From positions 1 to 27,266 of IMG/VR virus record IMGVR_UViG_3300009436_000085: 27,266 nucleotides of DNA; one strand, 5' to 3'. Positions 19,232 through 26,829 of this stretch are shown piece after piece. Position numbers and translations under genes: made by a program. The notes below the pieces were generated by a model. The model did not search any database. It had not been told where the DNA came from and was given only the letters and a program-made list of their open reading frames with translations. Numbering within the stretch: the first letter of the stretch is position 1; each line of letters opens with the position of its first letter. This DNA is from a virus. Taxonomy: Duplodnaviria > Caudoviricetes.

Positions 19232-19350
19232 TGACTGTAAAAATTATTACCCCCTTATCTTATGTAAATATACAAACACTTTTGATACTTTTGGGGTGCT
19301 TGTTACGAAATTCGTAAAATTATTTTTGATTTTTGCTATATTAGTAAATA

Positions 19351-20286
19351 TCATATATCTTTCCTGTTATTGAAATCTTCTAGTATAGATTCTATCAAGT
19401 CAGGTCTATACTTTAGCTTAAAAATCTTCTTATCTTCAGGGTTATAGTCTTTGTAATATATAAAGTCTATGTGCCTAGGTGTAAAACCCATCTTAACTAA
19501 ACTGTGCATATAAGTTCCTAGCTGACACTCAAACTTTTGGATCTTATCATTTCTGCACTTAAACTTATCTAAAGGTGGAAGTGCTTTGTTGTTGTAGTAC
19601 TTCCTAGGCTCTCTTTTCATAAACTTGTGATCATATATATCAACAAATCTTTCATCACCTATTGTTTCAAAACAAACTATATCAGATTGACCAGGCAACA
19701 CATCTCTCATAATCTCATCATACTTCTCTTGATCTGTAACCTTACCATCTTTAACATACTGCATTGCATCCCATCCTGTGTGTACTAATAGCTCAGGATA
19801 ACATCCATCCTCTAACTCTTCGTAATAGTTCAAAGCTACAGATTGATTATCGTAATCTTTAGCTTTCTGTATTACAGGTTGCATTCTTTTAGTTCTGTGA
19901 TTAAAGAACTCTCCTGCTGCATATAACTTATTCTCTTCTATCAAGTGGGCTTCAGTACCTCTAACACCTGACATTCTCCACTCCTCTCTAATTAACTCTC
20001 TTGTAGCTAATAACTCATCCCAATCTATCATAGGCTCTAATGCTTCATGCATAACATCTAAGTCAACCTTATAGTCATACTTAAATGTTTTAGCCATAAT
20101 CTTCTTCCATTCATCTTGACCAAATAATACTTGGTAAGCAGATCTATATAACTGACCTTCCATATCAAAAGGGAAGTAAGGCTTCAATGCACTAGTAACT
20201 GAACTTAGTCTAGTTCCTTTATAGTGATAGAGATGCTCCTCTTCTTCAAATGTTATTATACTTCTTTTTTCTTCTGTTGCTATCAT
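19351..20286 (-). CDS. PD-(D/E)XK superfamily (Cas4/RecB-like) exonuclease
   Basis: FEEEEHLY...SVT, RGTEAH, PELLV, GQSDIV, DIYDHK, QLGTY motifs. True start is likely ATG 20286 (MIATEE), not the TTG at 20463. Confidence 0.8.
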   Translation of the reverse strand: MIATEEKRSIITFEEEEHLYHYKGTRLSSVTSALKPYFPFDMEGQLYRSAYQVLFGQDEWKKIMAKTFKYDYKVDLDVMHEALEPMIDWDELLATRELIREEWRMSGVRGTEAHLIEENKLYAAGEFFNHRTKRMQPVIQKAKDYDNQSVALNYYEELEDGCYPELLVHTGWDAMQYVKDGKVTDQEKYDEIMRDVLPGQSDIVCFETIGDERFVDIYDHKFMKREPRKYYNNKALPPLDKFKCRNDKIQKFECQLGTYMHSLVKMGFTPRHIDFIYYKDYNPEDKKIFKLKYRPDLIESILEDFNNRKDI

Positions 20287-20289
20287 TAC

Positions 20290-20321
20290 TATTATGACGT
20301 AATAATCTACTTTATAGTAAG
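20290..20321 (-). promoter_or_regulatory. ECF-like promoter motif copy 1 (CTTAC-N17-CGTCATAATA)
   Basis: Same 10-mer consensus recurs at 20587, 24491 and 25859, always upstream of and co-oriented with a start codon. Confidence 0.6.
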
Positions 20322-20565
20322 TTATTATAGCATAAACTTTAGGTTTATTTACTAATAATTTTTCGCTTTTATGATATAAGTAAATAACCTTCCTTATACT
20401 TTCTTTTAATCCCTTTTTAAACCCTCTTCTAGAAGCTTGGGAACTTACATTATTACTGGACAATTATAGAATAATAGTATTATACTGATAATCAATAAGT
20501 TAAGAAGAAAACAAAGTAAAATACAAGCTAATTTATAAATATTTAAAATAATATTAATTTAATAG

Positions 20566-20596
20566 GTTACATTGTTCTTTTTATTTCGTCATAGTA
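20566..20596 (+). promoter_or_regulatory. ECF-like promoter motif copy 2 (GTTAC-N16-CGTCATAGTA)
   Basis: Divergent partner of copy 1; upstream of ATG 20641. Confidence 0.6.
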
Positions 20597-20640
20597 GTAT
20601 ACAGAATACATTAATAACATTTAGCTTTATAAAATATACA

Positions 20641-21435
20641 ATGCAAGTAAATTTAAACTTTAATCAAATCCAAGTTTCTCAGGGCAAGACTCCTGAGCTG
20701 TACTTGTATTACAGGTTAAGGGCTTTTGCTATGTATAATGGAGGTTGGATAACTAAATTTAAGTTAACTAACAACGAAAAGTATACTCTACTTCCTAAAC
20801 TTAAGAAGAGTGGATGGTTGAGTAGAGACATGAATAAAGTAGTAAGCTATAGAAAGATATTAAATAGAGGAGCTAACTTCTCTTCTTTTGTAGACCTTAA
20901 TGTAGAAAAGCACTTGAATGACATGAATACATTCAAAGGTTTCTTAATAGCTAGTACTGAGTCTTTATTTTTAAAGTCTCGTCAACATAAACAAAGAAAG
21001 AATAAACAAAGCTTTAAAGCACCTAATAATATACTGACATCTAATCAGAATCGGAATAAAAGTACACACGAGGCAGAAATGCCTAGATTACGAGTGAAGA
21101 AGATTAAAGGTTCGATGGAATATTTTGGAAGGGTTTATAATTTAGAGCTAAGTAAATTTTTGAATTTATCAGAGAAGACTGTAACTAGATGGAGACAGTT
21201 TTCTATAGCTAATAAGTTTAACAAGTATAGTTATAAGAGGGTAAATTTAAGTAAGCCCTCGAATGACAATAGAACGAAGGTACTATCATACGATGGTGTT
21301 GACAGAGCTTACTTTTGTAATAAGAAGAAAGCGTATATGTTATGTGATATGGTTATCAACACTAGAGGGATTATACCTTTTTATAGTAAATTTTACGATT
21401 ACAGAAGTAGTATTAAATATTCAATTAGAGACTAG
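20641..21435 (+). CDS. Basic DNA-binding protein with HTH (regulator or replication-initiator-like)
   Basis: NLELSKFLNLSEKTVTRWR HTH motif; Lys/Arg-rich. Start moved to ATG 20641 (MQVNL). Confidence 0.55.
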   Translation: MQVNLNFNQIQVSQGKTPELYLYYRLRAFAMYNGGWITKFKLTNNEKYTLLPKLKKSGWLSRDMNKVVSYRKILNRGANFSSFVDLNVEKHLNDMNTFKGFLIASTESLFLKSRQHKQRKNKQSFKAPNNILTSNQNRNKSTHEAEMPRLRVKKIKGSMEYFGRVYNLELSKFLNLSEKTVTRWRQFSIANKFNKYSYKRVNLSKPSNDNRTKVLSYDGVDRAYFCNKKKAYMLCDMVINTRGIIPFYSKFYDYRSSIKYSIRD

Positions 21436-21436
21436 T

Positions 21437-21904
21437 ATGACAAAGTATAAGATATATACAGATGGCTCTTCAGCTAGAGCTAACAATAACTCTCCTTGGG
21501 TTAGTGGCGTAGGTTATGTTATTCTAGATAATGACAATAATTTATTATCTGAGGGAAGTTGTGGTGGATATGACAAAATAGGAGCTGCAGAACTTAGAGC
21601 AGCTATTATGGGAATAGAAGAAGCTATGAGTATAGCACAAGATATAGACAATAGCACATTTGTAATATACAGTGATAGTAAATATGTAGTAAATGCCATA
21701 AATAGAGATATGTATTTATGGAAGAATGAAGTTAAATATAAAGAAAGAGTTAATTACGATCTTATAGAAAACTTATTAAGGCTTAGTAGAGAGGTTACAA
21801 TAAGATCTAATTGGGTTAGTAGTAGCAGTAGTAATGATTATAATAATTTTGCACATGATTTAGCAAATGAGTCAAGAAGAGAATTCTTACTCTGTGAGGC
21901 TTAG
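21437..21904 (+). CDS. rnhA: Ribonuclease HI
   Basis: IYTDGS, AELRA, IYSDSKYV and N..AH.LA motifs; ATG 21437 just after the upstream stop. Confidence 0.85.
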   Translation: MTKYKIYTDGSSARANNNSPWVSGVGYVILDNDNNLLSEGSCGGYDKIGAAELRAAIMGIEEAMSIAQDIDNSTFVIYSDSKYVVNAINRDMYLWKNEVKYKERVNYDLIENLLRLSREVTIRSNWVSSSSSNDYNNFAHDLANESRREFLLCEA

Positions 21905-21919
21905 AAAATATAATAAGGT

Positions 21920-22447
21920 ATGAATATGTTAAAAAAGATTTTTAAGTGGCTTAAGGCGTTAGGCAGACCATCAGAGGATATATCTGAAGATACTGCTAAA
22001 GGGGAGAAGAAGACTATTCATGAAGGAGCGTTTGATTTAGAGGCAGATAAGTATTATAAAGTAAAGGGAGACTATCTTCTTTACGTTGGTAAGGATATGA
22101 TGTTCTTAACTAACTCTAAGATAGGTGGAATGATGATAGTCCCTTTCTATAACGAGGATGATGCTGAAATGCAGGGACAGTACAATGGAGATGGAACAAG
22201 AGATGATGCTGAAGTTGACATGGATTTATTCTTCGAAGACTTCCAACACGAAGAAGGTGAAGAGAAAGGTATGTCTTCAAGACCCTCAAGCATATTTACA
22301 GTCACACTAGAGGACTTCGAGAGTAAAGTTCAGTATTATTCACTGGATACTCTAACAGAAGTTCTACTTGCAGCAGAAGAGGAGGAGAAGTACAGTTACG
22401 CAGCTATACTTAGGGATGAAATAAATAATAGGAAAGAAAATGGATAA
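21920..22447 (+). CDS. Acidic protein with C-terminal UVR (UvrB/UvrC/ClpC-type) coiled-coil motif
   Basis: LTEVLLAAEEEEKYSYAAILRDEI matches L...A...E.YE.AA.LRD.I. Confidence 0.65.
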   Translation: MNMLKKIFKWLKALGRPSEDISEDTAKGEKKTIHEGAFDLEADKYYKVKGDYLLYVGKDMMFLTNSKIGGMMIVPFYNEDDAEMQGQYNGDGTRDDAEVDMDLFFEDFQHEEGEEKGMSSRPSSIFTVTLEDFESKVQYYSLDTLTEVLLAAEEEEKYSYAAILRDEINNRKENG

Positions 22448-22982
22448 TATTATGAAAAGAAATGAAATAAATGGAACTTTTTTATCAGCCGATCCATCTT
22501 TGAAGAATACAGCCTTAGTTTGGGGAGTAATACAAGATGGCGTAATAAAACCTTTAGCTCATATGATATCTACGACCGACAAAGTTAAAGGCGAGAAGGT
22601 TATGATAGATATGGTTAATAGAGCTAGAAAAACAATAGAGAATATAATAGCAACTATTAATGCTGTTAATCCTGACTTTACTTTCTCTGAGATACCTAGT
22701 GGTTCACAGAGTTTGAGTGGAGCTAAGTCAGCAGCATTATCGTGTGCTTATATTGCACTACTCGGTACAGACTGCATTATATCAACTCCTGGTGAAGTTA
22801 AAAAGGCTACAGGTAACAAGAGAACAGCTACAAAGGAAGATATGATGGATTGGGCTGACAAACAGTTCCCTGACTATGATTTCCCACGCAAGAAGGATGG
22901 CACAATGGTCAAAGGTAAGTGTGAGCATATTTGTGATGCTTTAGCTGTAGTTGAAGCAGGTATTTTAAAAATGGTTTCTTAA
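22440..22982 (+). CDS. ruvC: RuvC-like Holliday junction resolvase
   Basis: SADPSLKNT, FSEIP, EVKK..G...ATKEDM and ICDALAV motifs. Confidence 0.85.
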   Translation: MDNIMKRNEINGTFLSADPSLKNTALVWGVIQDGVIKPLAHMISTTDKVKGEKVMIDMVNRARKTIENIIATINAVNPDFTFSEIPSGSQSLSGAKSAALSCAYIALLGTDCIISTPGEVKKATGNKRTATKEDMMDWADKQFPDYDFPRKKDGTMVKGKCEHICDALAVVEAGILKMVS

Positions 22983-22996
22983 AAATATAATATATT

Positions 22997-23476
22997 ATGG
23001 ACAATGTACCTTATGTAAAATTATTCGAGGATGACATCTCACCTGAGACTGTTCAAGATCTCATAGATGATATACATGACCATGACAATGTTAGGTTGTA
23101 CTTCTCTACTGATGGAGGAATGCTAATAGATACAATGGCTCTTATAGATTATCTAAATTCAAGGGGAGATAGCTTAACATTAATACTATCAGGATACTTG
23201 CAATCTGCAGGTGGGATAATATTAGAGAAGTTCACAGGTAAGGTTGAATTATCTTATGCTTTCGAATTTGTTGACCTTCACTTAGTGGATCGTGAGACAT
23301 TGAACTTCAGGGACAAGTTAATTAACAGTAAGTTAGTTTCTAGTGCCGAGAGATGGAATATAGATTATATCAATTGGTGGAAAAAGTTTTACAAGTTAAC
23401 AGCTAAAGAGGTTAGGGAATTGAAAGAAGGCAAGGATATAAGACTATATAGAGATAGGATAGAAAAGATAATATGA
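22997..23476 (+). CDS. ClpP-like serine protease (short)
   Basis: LYFSTDGG..D..ALIDYL, QSAG (Ser), LH (His) and GKD (Asp) parallel ClpP YINSPGG/ASMG/IHQ/RD. Confidence 0.7.
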   Translation: MDNVPYVKLFEDDISPETVQDLIDDIHDHDNVRLYFSTDGGMLIDTMALIDYLNSRGDSLTLILSGYLQSAGGIILEKFTGKVELSYAFEFVDLHLVDRETLNFRDKLINSKLVSSAERWNIDYINWWKKFYKLTAKEVRELKEGKDIRLYRDRIEKII

Positions 23477-24105
23477 GTAAAGACTTAAAATATAACGAAG
23501 GACTTGTGCAAGCTATACTTTCTCAGTATGTTAGTATAAAACTTAAGATGCGACATTTCTTCTGTAACCTATACTCACTTTACGATAACACATTTGAGTT
23601 AGATTTCTTATATTTCGATAGATATAAGTTCCTTAATGAATGTGAAGTTAAGGTGAGTAAGCAGGATGCACTAGTGAATGAGTTCAATAAGACAGAGAAG
23701 CATAAGAGGCTAGCTAGTGGAGACGAGAGTTGTCCTAATAAGTTTTGGATTGTCTGTCCACCTGATGTTGTTCCAACTTCTGACCTTTTGCCTGATTACT
23801 GTGGATTAAAGCATGTACTAAGAGACAAGTATGGAGTGCACAAGATAAAGATAATACAAAAGGCTCCATTGATACACGATAACATAAAGTATACTCCTTC
23901 TGACTTCTTTCAAAAGGTTTACTATCAACTATCTAAGTATCAAAGTAAATGGTTTGCTGGCAAGATAGCAGACTTCGATAGTAGGCTTAAGGATTCCAAG
24001 CTAGTTGTAGCTAAGCCTAAAAGAAAAAGGAAGAAGAGGACATACAGAAAACTAGGAGACAAGTCTCTAAAGGCAGGATTGCCAAAAAGAAGAAAAAAGA
24101 AATAA
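23473..24105 (+). CDS. MmcB-like PD-(D/E)XK endonuclease with Lys/Arg-rich tail
   Basis: ELD...ECEVKVSKQD...K..KH...PNKFWIVCP...P.YCGL pattern. Confidence 0.7.
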   Translation: MSKDLKYNEGLVQAILSQYVSIKLKMRHFFCNLYSLYDNTFELDFLYFDRYKFLNECEVKVSKQDALVNEFNKTEKHKRLASGDESCPNKFWIVCPPDVVPTSDLLPDYCGLKHVLRDKYGVHKIKIIQKAPLIHDNIKYTPSDFFQKVYYQLSKYQSKWFAGKIADFDSRLKDSKLVVAKPKRKRKKRTYRKLGDKSLKAGLPKRRKKK

Positions 24106-24110
24106 TAGAT

Positions 24111-24473
24111 ATGAGTTTACCAAAAGGTTATAATTACGATCCTTTGCCAAGTGGATTAGCATTGGGTCACTCTGTGATAGATGGATTTGGAACACATTCA
24201 ACTAGAGCTATAGAGTCAGGAGAAGTATTCTTTGATAGAGAAACACATACTCAACTTCCTGGTGAAGATGGTCAGCTACTTAGAAGTGGATTAGGTGCTT
24301 TCATTAATCACTCTGATGACCCAAACTGTACTTTGTATAAATCTGCTCCTGATGATAATGGTGTTGTTCAGTACTTTTTACAATCACTTAGAGTCATATA
24401 TAGATTGGAAGAAATTACACTTGATTATGGTGATCATTTATGTGGATGCGAAAATTCTAACAAATTAAAGTGA
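24111..24473 (+). CDS. SET-domain protein-lysine methyltransferase
   Basis: S.IDGFG..STRAI.SGE, FINHS.DPNC, EEITLDYG and post-SET-like CGC motifs. Confidence 0.88.
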   Translation: MSLPKGYNYDPLPSGLALGHSVIDGFGTHSTRAIESGEVFFDRETHTQLPGEDGQLLRSGLGAFINHSDDPNCTLYKSAPDDNGVVQYFLQSLRVIYRLEEITLDYGDHLCGCENSNKLK

Positions 24474-24500
24474 TATTTATAAAAAACAAACGTCATAATA
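24470..24500 (+). promoter_or_regulatory. ECF-like promoter motif copy 3 (GTGAT-N16-CGTCATAATA)
   Basis: Motif ends 5 nt before ATG 24506. Confidence 0.5.
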
Positions 24501-24505
24501 ATAAT

Positions 24506-24703
24506 ATGGAAAATAACTTTAAAAACGAAAAGACAGGAGAGGAGTTTCAAATACTCAATTTCCGAAGGTCTTTCAGGAATGGTGAAATTGTATATACCGA
24601 CAAGAGTGGTAATATACTATCTGATAAAGGTGTGGTACTAGCTAAGATTAAAGGAATAATACAAGCTCCTTCTATCCAAACTGACACAAAGAACAGATAT
24701 TAA
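24506..24703 (+). CDS. Small hypothetical protein
   Basis: ATG 24506 (MENNFK) follows the promoter motif. Confidence 0.6.
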   Translation: MENNFKNEKTGEEFQILNFRRSFRNGEIVYTDKSGNILSDKGVVLAKIKGIIQAPSIQTDTKNRY

Positions 24704-24742
24704 ATAAGGAATTAATTAATTAAGTTTATAAAAAAATAGAAG

Positions 24743-25276
24743 ATGAAAAATTATTTTAAATTAGTAGCAGTAGTTATCGTAGTTGTAACTCTGATGTTAT
24801 TGACAAGTTGCGGTAAGGACTCTAGTCCAATAGTTGTAGAGCCTTACGTTGGCGTTACAGAGATTAAACCTCAATTCCAACCACAAGGAAGTACATTCTT
24901 AGTAGGAGATACTAAAGACATTGTAGTTCGTGTTAGGAACATAGGAGATTCCTATTCAGTGGGTTCTATCAAGCTGTATGTTAGTGGTTACAGTGCGTTT
25001 AGTATCAATTTCAATCCAAACGCTCTAACAGCTAATACAATCTCAGGAACAGTAGATGTGCAAAACCAACACTGTGCAAGCTTTGATGGATCAGGTTTCC
25101 TTTTTATTGAAACACCTCTATCTATAGCTCCTGGTGAAGAAATTAATATTAGCTTTACAGTTACAGCAGAAGTAGCTAATCAACTTAACGAGTTATATGT
25201 GTCGCTACAGAATAGATCAGGTGGAGACATTGATATTGAGAACAACGATATATTTAAAACACTCTCAATATCATAG
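24743..25276 (+). CDS. Lipoprotein with DUF11-like Ig domain
   Basis: MKNYFK, hydrophobic stretch, LTS|C lipobox, then GKDSS; VRNIG and C-terminal GDIDIENN. Confidence 0.75.
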   Translation: MKNYFKLVAVVIVVVTLMLLTSCGKDSSPIVVEPYVGVTEIKPQFQPQGSTFLVGDTKDIVVRVRNIGDSYSVGSIKLYVSGYSAFSINFNPNALTANTISGTVDVQNQHCASFDGSGFLFIETPLSIAPGEEINISFTVTAEVANQLNELYVSLQNRSGGDIDIENNDIFKTLSIS

Positions 25277-25277
25277 C

Positions 25278-25565
25278 ATGAGAGTTAAGTGTATAAACGA
25301 TAGCAACAAACCTTCAGATATCCCTGATTCAAAGTGGGTAGAAGAGGGGACAATCTACACAGTAATAGATGAATTTAAATCATTGCCTCAGGAGGTTGAC
25401 ACTTATGTCCTAGCGGAGCTGGACCTGGAGGGGACTGGTTACCAAGGCTTCGCAGCAGTAAGATTTGATATAGACCTTACAGACGAATTCGATGAAATAA
25501 ACGCAGAGATACAGGAGGAGATAGATTTGGAGATATTGAATAGAAGTTTGAAAGACGAATTATAA
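25278..25565 (+). CDS. Hypothetical protein (VKCIND family of Bacteroidota phages)
   Basis: MRVKCIND...EG.IYTV...F..RF motif and acidic tail; ATG 25278 just after upstream stop. Confidence 0.65.
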   Translation: MRVKCINDSNKPSDIPDSKWVEEGTIYTVIDEFKSLPQEVDTYVLAELDLEGTGYQGFAAVRFDIDLTDEFDEINAEIQEEIDLEILNRSLKDEL

Positions 25566-25648
25566 TATGTTACCACAGTATGCATAGACGTAAGCACTTC
25601 ATTGAGCTAGATAGTGTGTGTACACTCTTGGTGGTATATATATAGGTG

Positions 25649-25682
25649 AGCCTTGTACATTAATTTGTGCAGGGCTTTTTTT
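25649..25682 (+). terminator. Rho-independent terminator ending the plus-strand operon
   Basis: AGCCTTGTACA-TTAATT-TGTGCAGGGCT followed by a T run. Confidence 0.8.
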
Positions 25683-25836
25683 ATTGAGCCATGCATAACA
25701 TCTTACATAAGGTAATAAAGCTGAAGACGTTTTTTTGTACCTATATATACTGGGTTTACCCCTACTTTTATATATGATAGGTTAACCCCTATAAAAAGTG
25801 GTACCCCCTCATTCCTGTATAAAAAACATAGGGGTG

Positions 25837-25868
25837 GGTACTATGCTCTAATAATTTACGTCATAGTA
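25837..25868 (+). promoter_or_regulatory. ECF-like promoter motif copy 4 (GGTAC-N17-CGTCATAGTA)
   Basis: Motif ends 2 nt before ATG 25871. Confidence 0.6.
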
Positions 25869-25870
25869 AT

Positions 25871-26389
25871 ATGGAGGAACAATGGAAAGATATAAAAGGT
25901 TATGAAGGTCTGTACGAGGTATCAGATCTAGGCAGGGTTAGGAATGCTAAGAATGGAATGATTAGAAAATTATACATTCGTGATGGAGAATATCCTAGCG
26001 TGGGACTTTGTAAAGAGGGTAAGAAGAAAACTCGTAGGGTACATCAGCTAGTAGCAATAGGTTTCCTGGGTCATACTCCGAGTGGTCATTCTGTGCACGT
26101 AGATCACATAGATAATAACAAGCTAAACAACAATCTAAACAACCTTCAACTTTTAACTTGCAGGGAGAACAACTCTAAGGACAAGAGTGGAGGGACTTCT
26201 AAGTACGTTGGGGTTTATTGGAATAAAAAGTCTAGTAAGTGGCATACGCAAATACAGGATAAGGGTTTGCATCATTTAGGTTACTACACACACGAGGAAG
26301 AAGCAAGAGATGCATATGTACAAGCCTTAGCTAGAATACAGTCAGGTTTACCCCCAAAGTCCGTTTTGGTCAAAAATCGGTTATCCTAG
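25871..26389 (+). CDS. Free-standing NUMOD4-HNH-AP2 homing endonuclease
   Basis: WKDIKGYEGLYEVSDLGRVR (NUMOD4), VHQLVA..F...VDHIDNNKLNN...NL (HNH), SKYVGVYW...W...LGYY..EEEA..AY (AP2). Confidence 0.92.
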   Translation: MEEQWKDIKGYEGLYEVSDLGRVRNAKNGMIRKLYIRDGEYPSVGLCKEGKKKTRRVHQLVAIGFLGHTPSGHSVHVDHIDNNKLNNNLNNLQLLTCRENNSKDKSGGTSKYVGVYWNKKSSKWHTQIQDKGLHHLGYYTHEEEARDAYVQALARIQSGLPPKSVLVKNRLS

Positions 26390-26771
26390 TCCAGGTACAC
26401 CTGGTATAAATAAATGAAACCCCCAAAGGTTCTGATTTCGGAACCTACCCCCCATAGTAGGTATCAATTTTAAAATTTCAGATTTATAATGTAGTAAATA
26501 ATAGTTAATACCTTAAAGGTTAAGACCATAGAGTATCATGTATGTATGTATCGTCAGTCATTGTTAACATAACATTGGTAGAGATAGTATAGATATATGA
26601 TAACAGTAGATATGTTTCTGTTCTTGTTATGTAGTAGGTATTAGGAATTTTTTGATAGGTATATATACTATGTAGTATATTATATATGTGGTGGTGGTAG
26701 TATAGTAAGGGATAGATAGATATCGTTCGTTAGAGGGCTTCTATGTGGCTTGTATGCTATAGTATATTACA

Positions 26772-26812
26772 TAAGAAACCCCTACACATTTGATTGTGTA
26801 AGGGCTTGTTTA
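26772..26812. terminator. Probably bidirectional terminator
   Basis: AAACCCCTACACA-TTTGAT-TGTGTAAGGGCTT with T-rich tails on both strands; downstream of the 89-aa gene. Confidence 0.6.
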
Positions 26813-26829
26813 TTGTTTATGTATGTCTA

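Noticed and set aside
19351-20286. Cas4/CRISPR system
   Set aside because: No repeat-spacer array, no other cas genes and no four-Cys Fe-S motif; a generic phage PD-(D/E)XK nuclease.
20287-20640. N-terminal extensions of ORFs 19351..20463 and 20572..21435
   Set aside because: TTG-started extensions run through AT-rich promoter DNA; downstream ATGs fit the promoter motif and domain starts.
21514-21699. Minus-strand 61-aa ORF
   Set aside because: Antisense to RNase HI.
25871-26389. Group I intron hosting the HNH gene
   Set aside because: No interrupted gene on either side and no recognisable P7 core; the gene has its own promoter motif.
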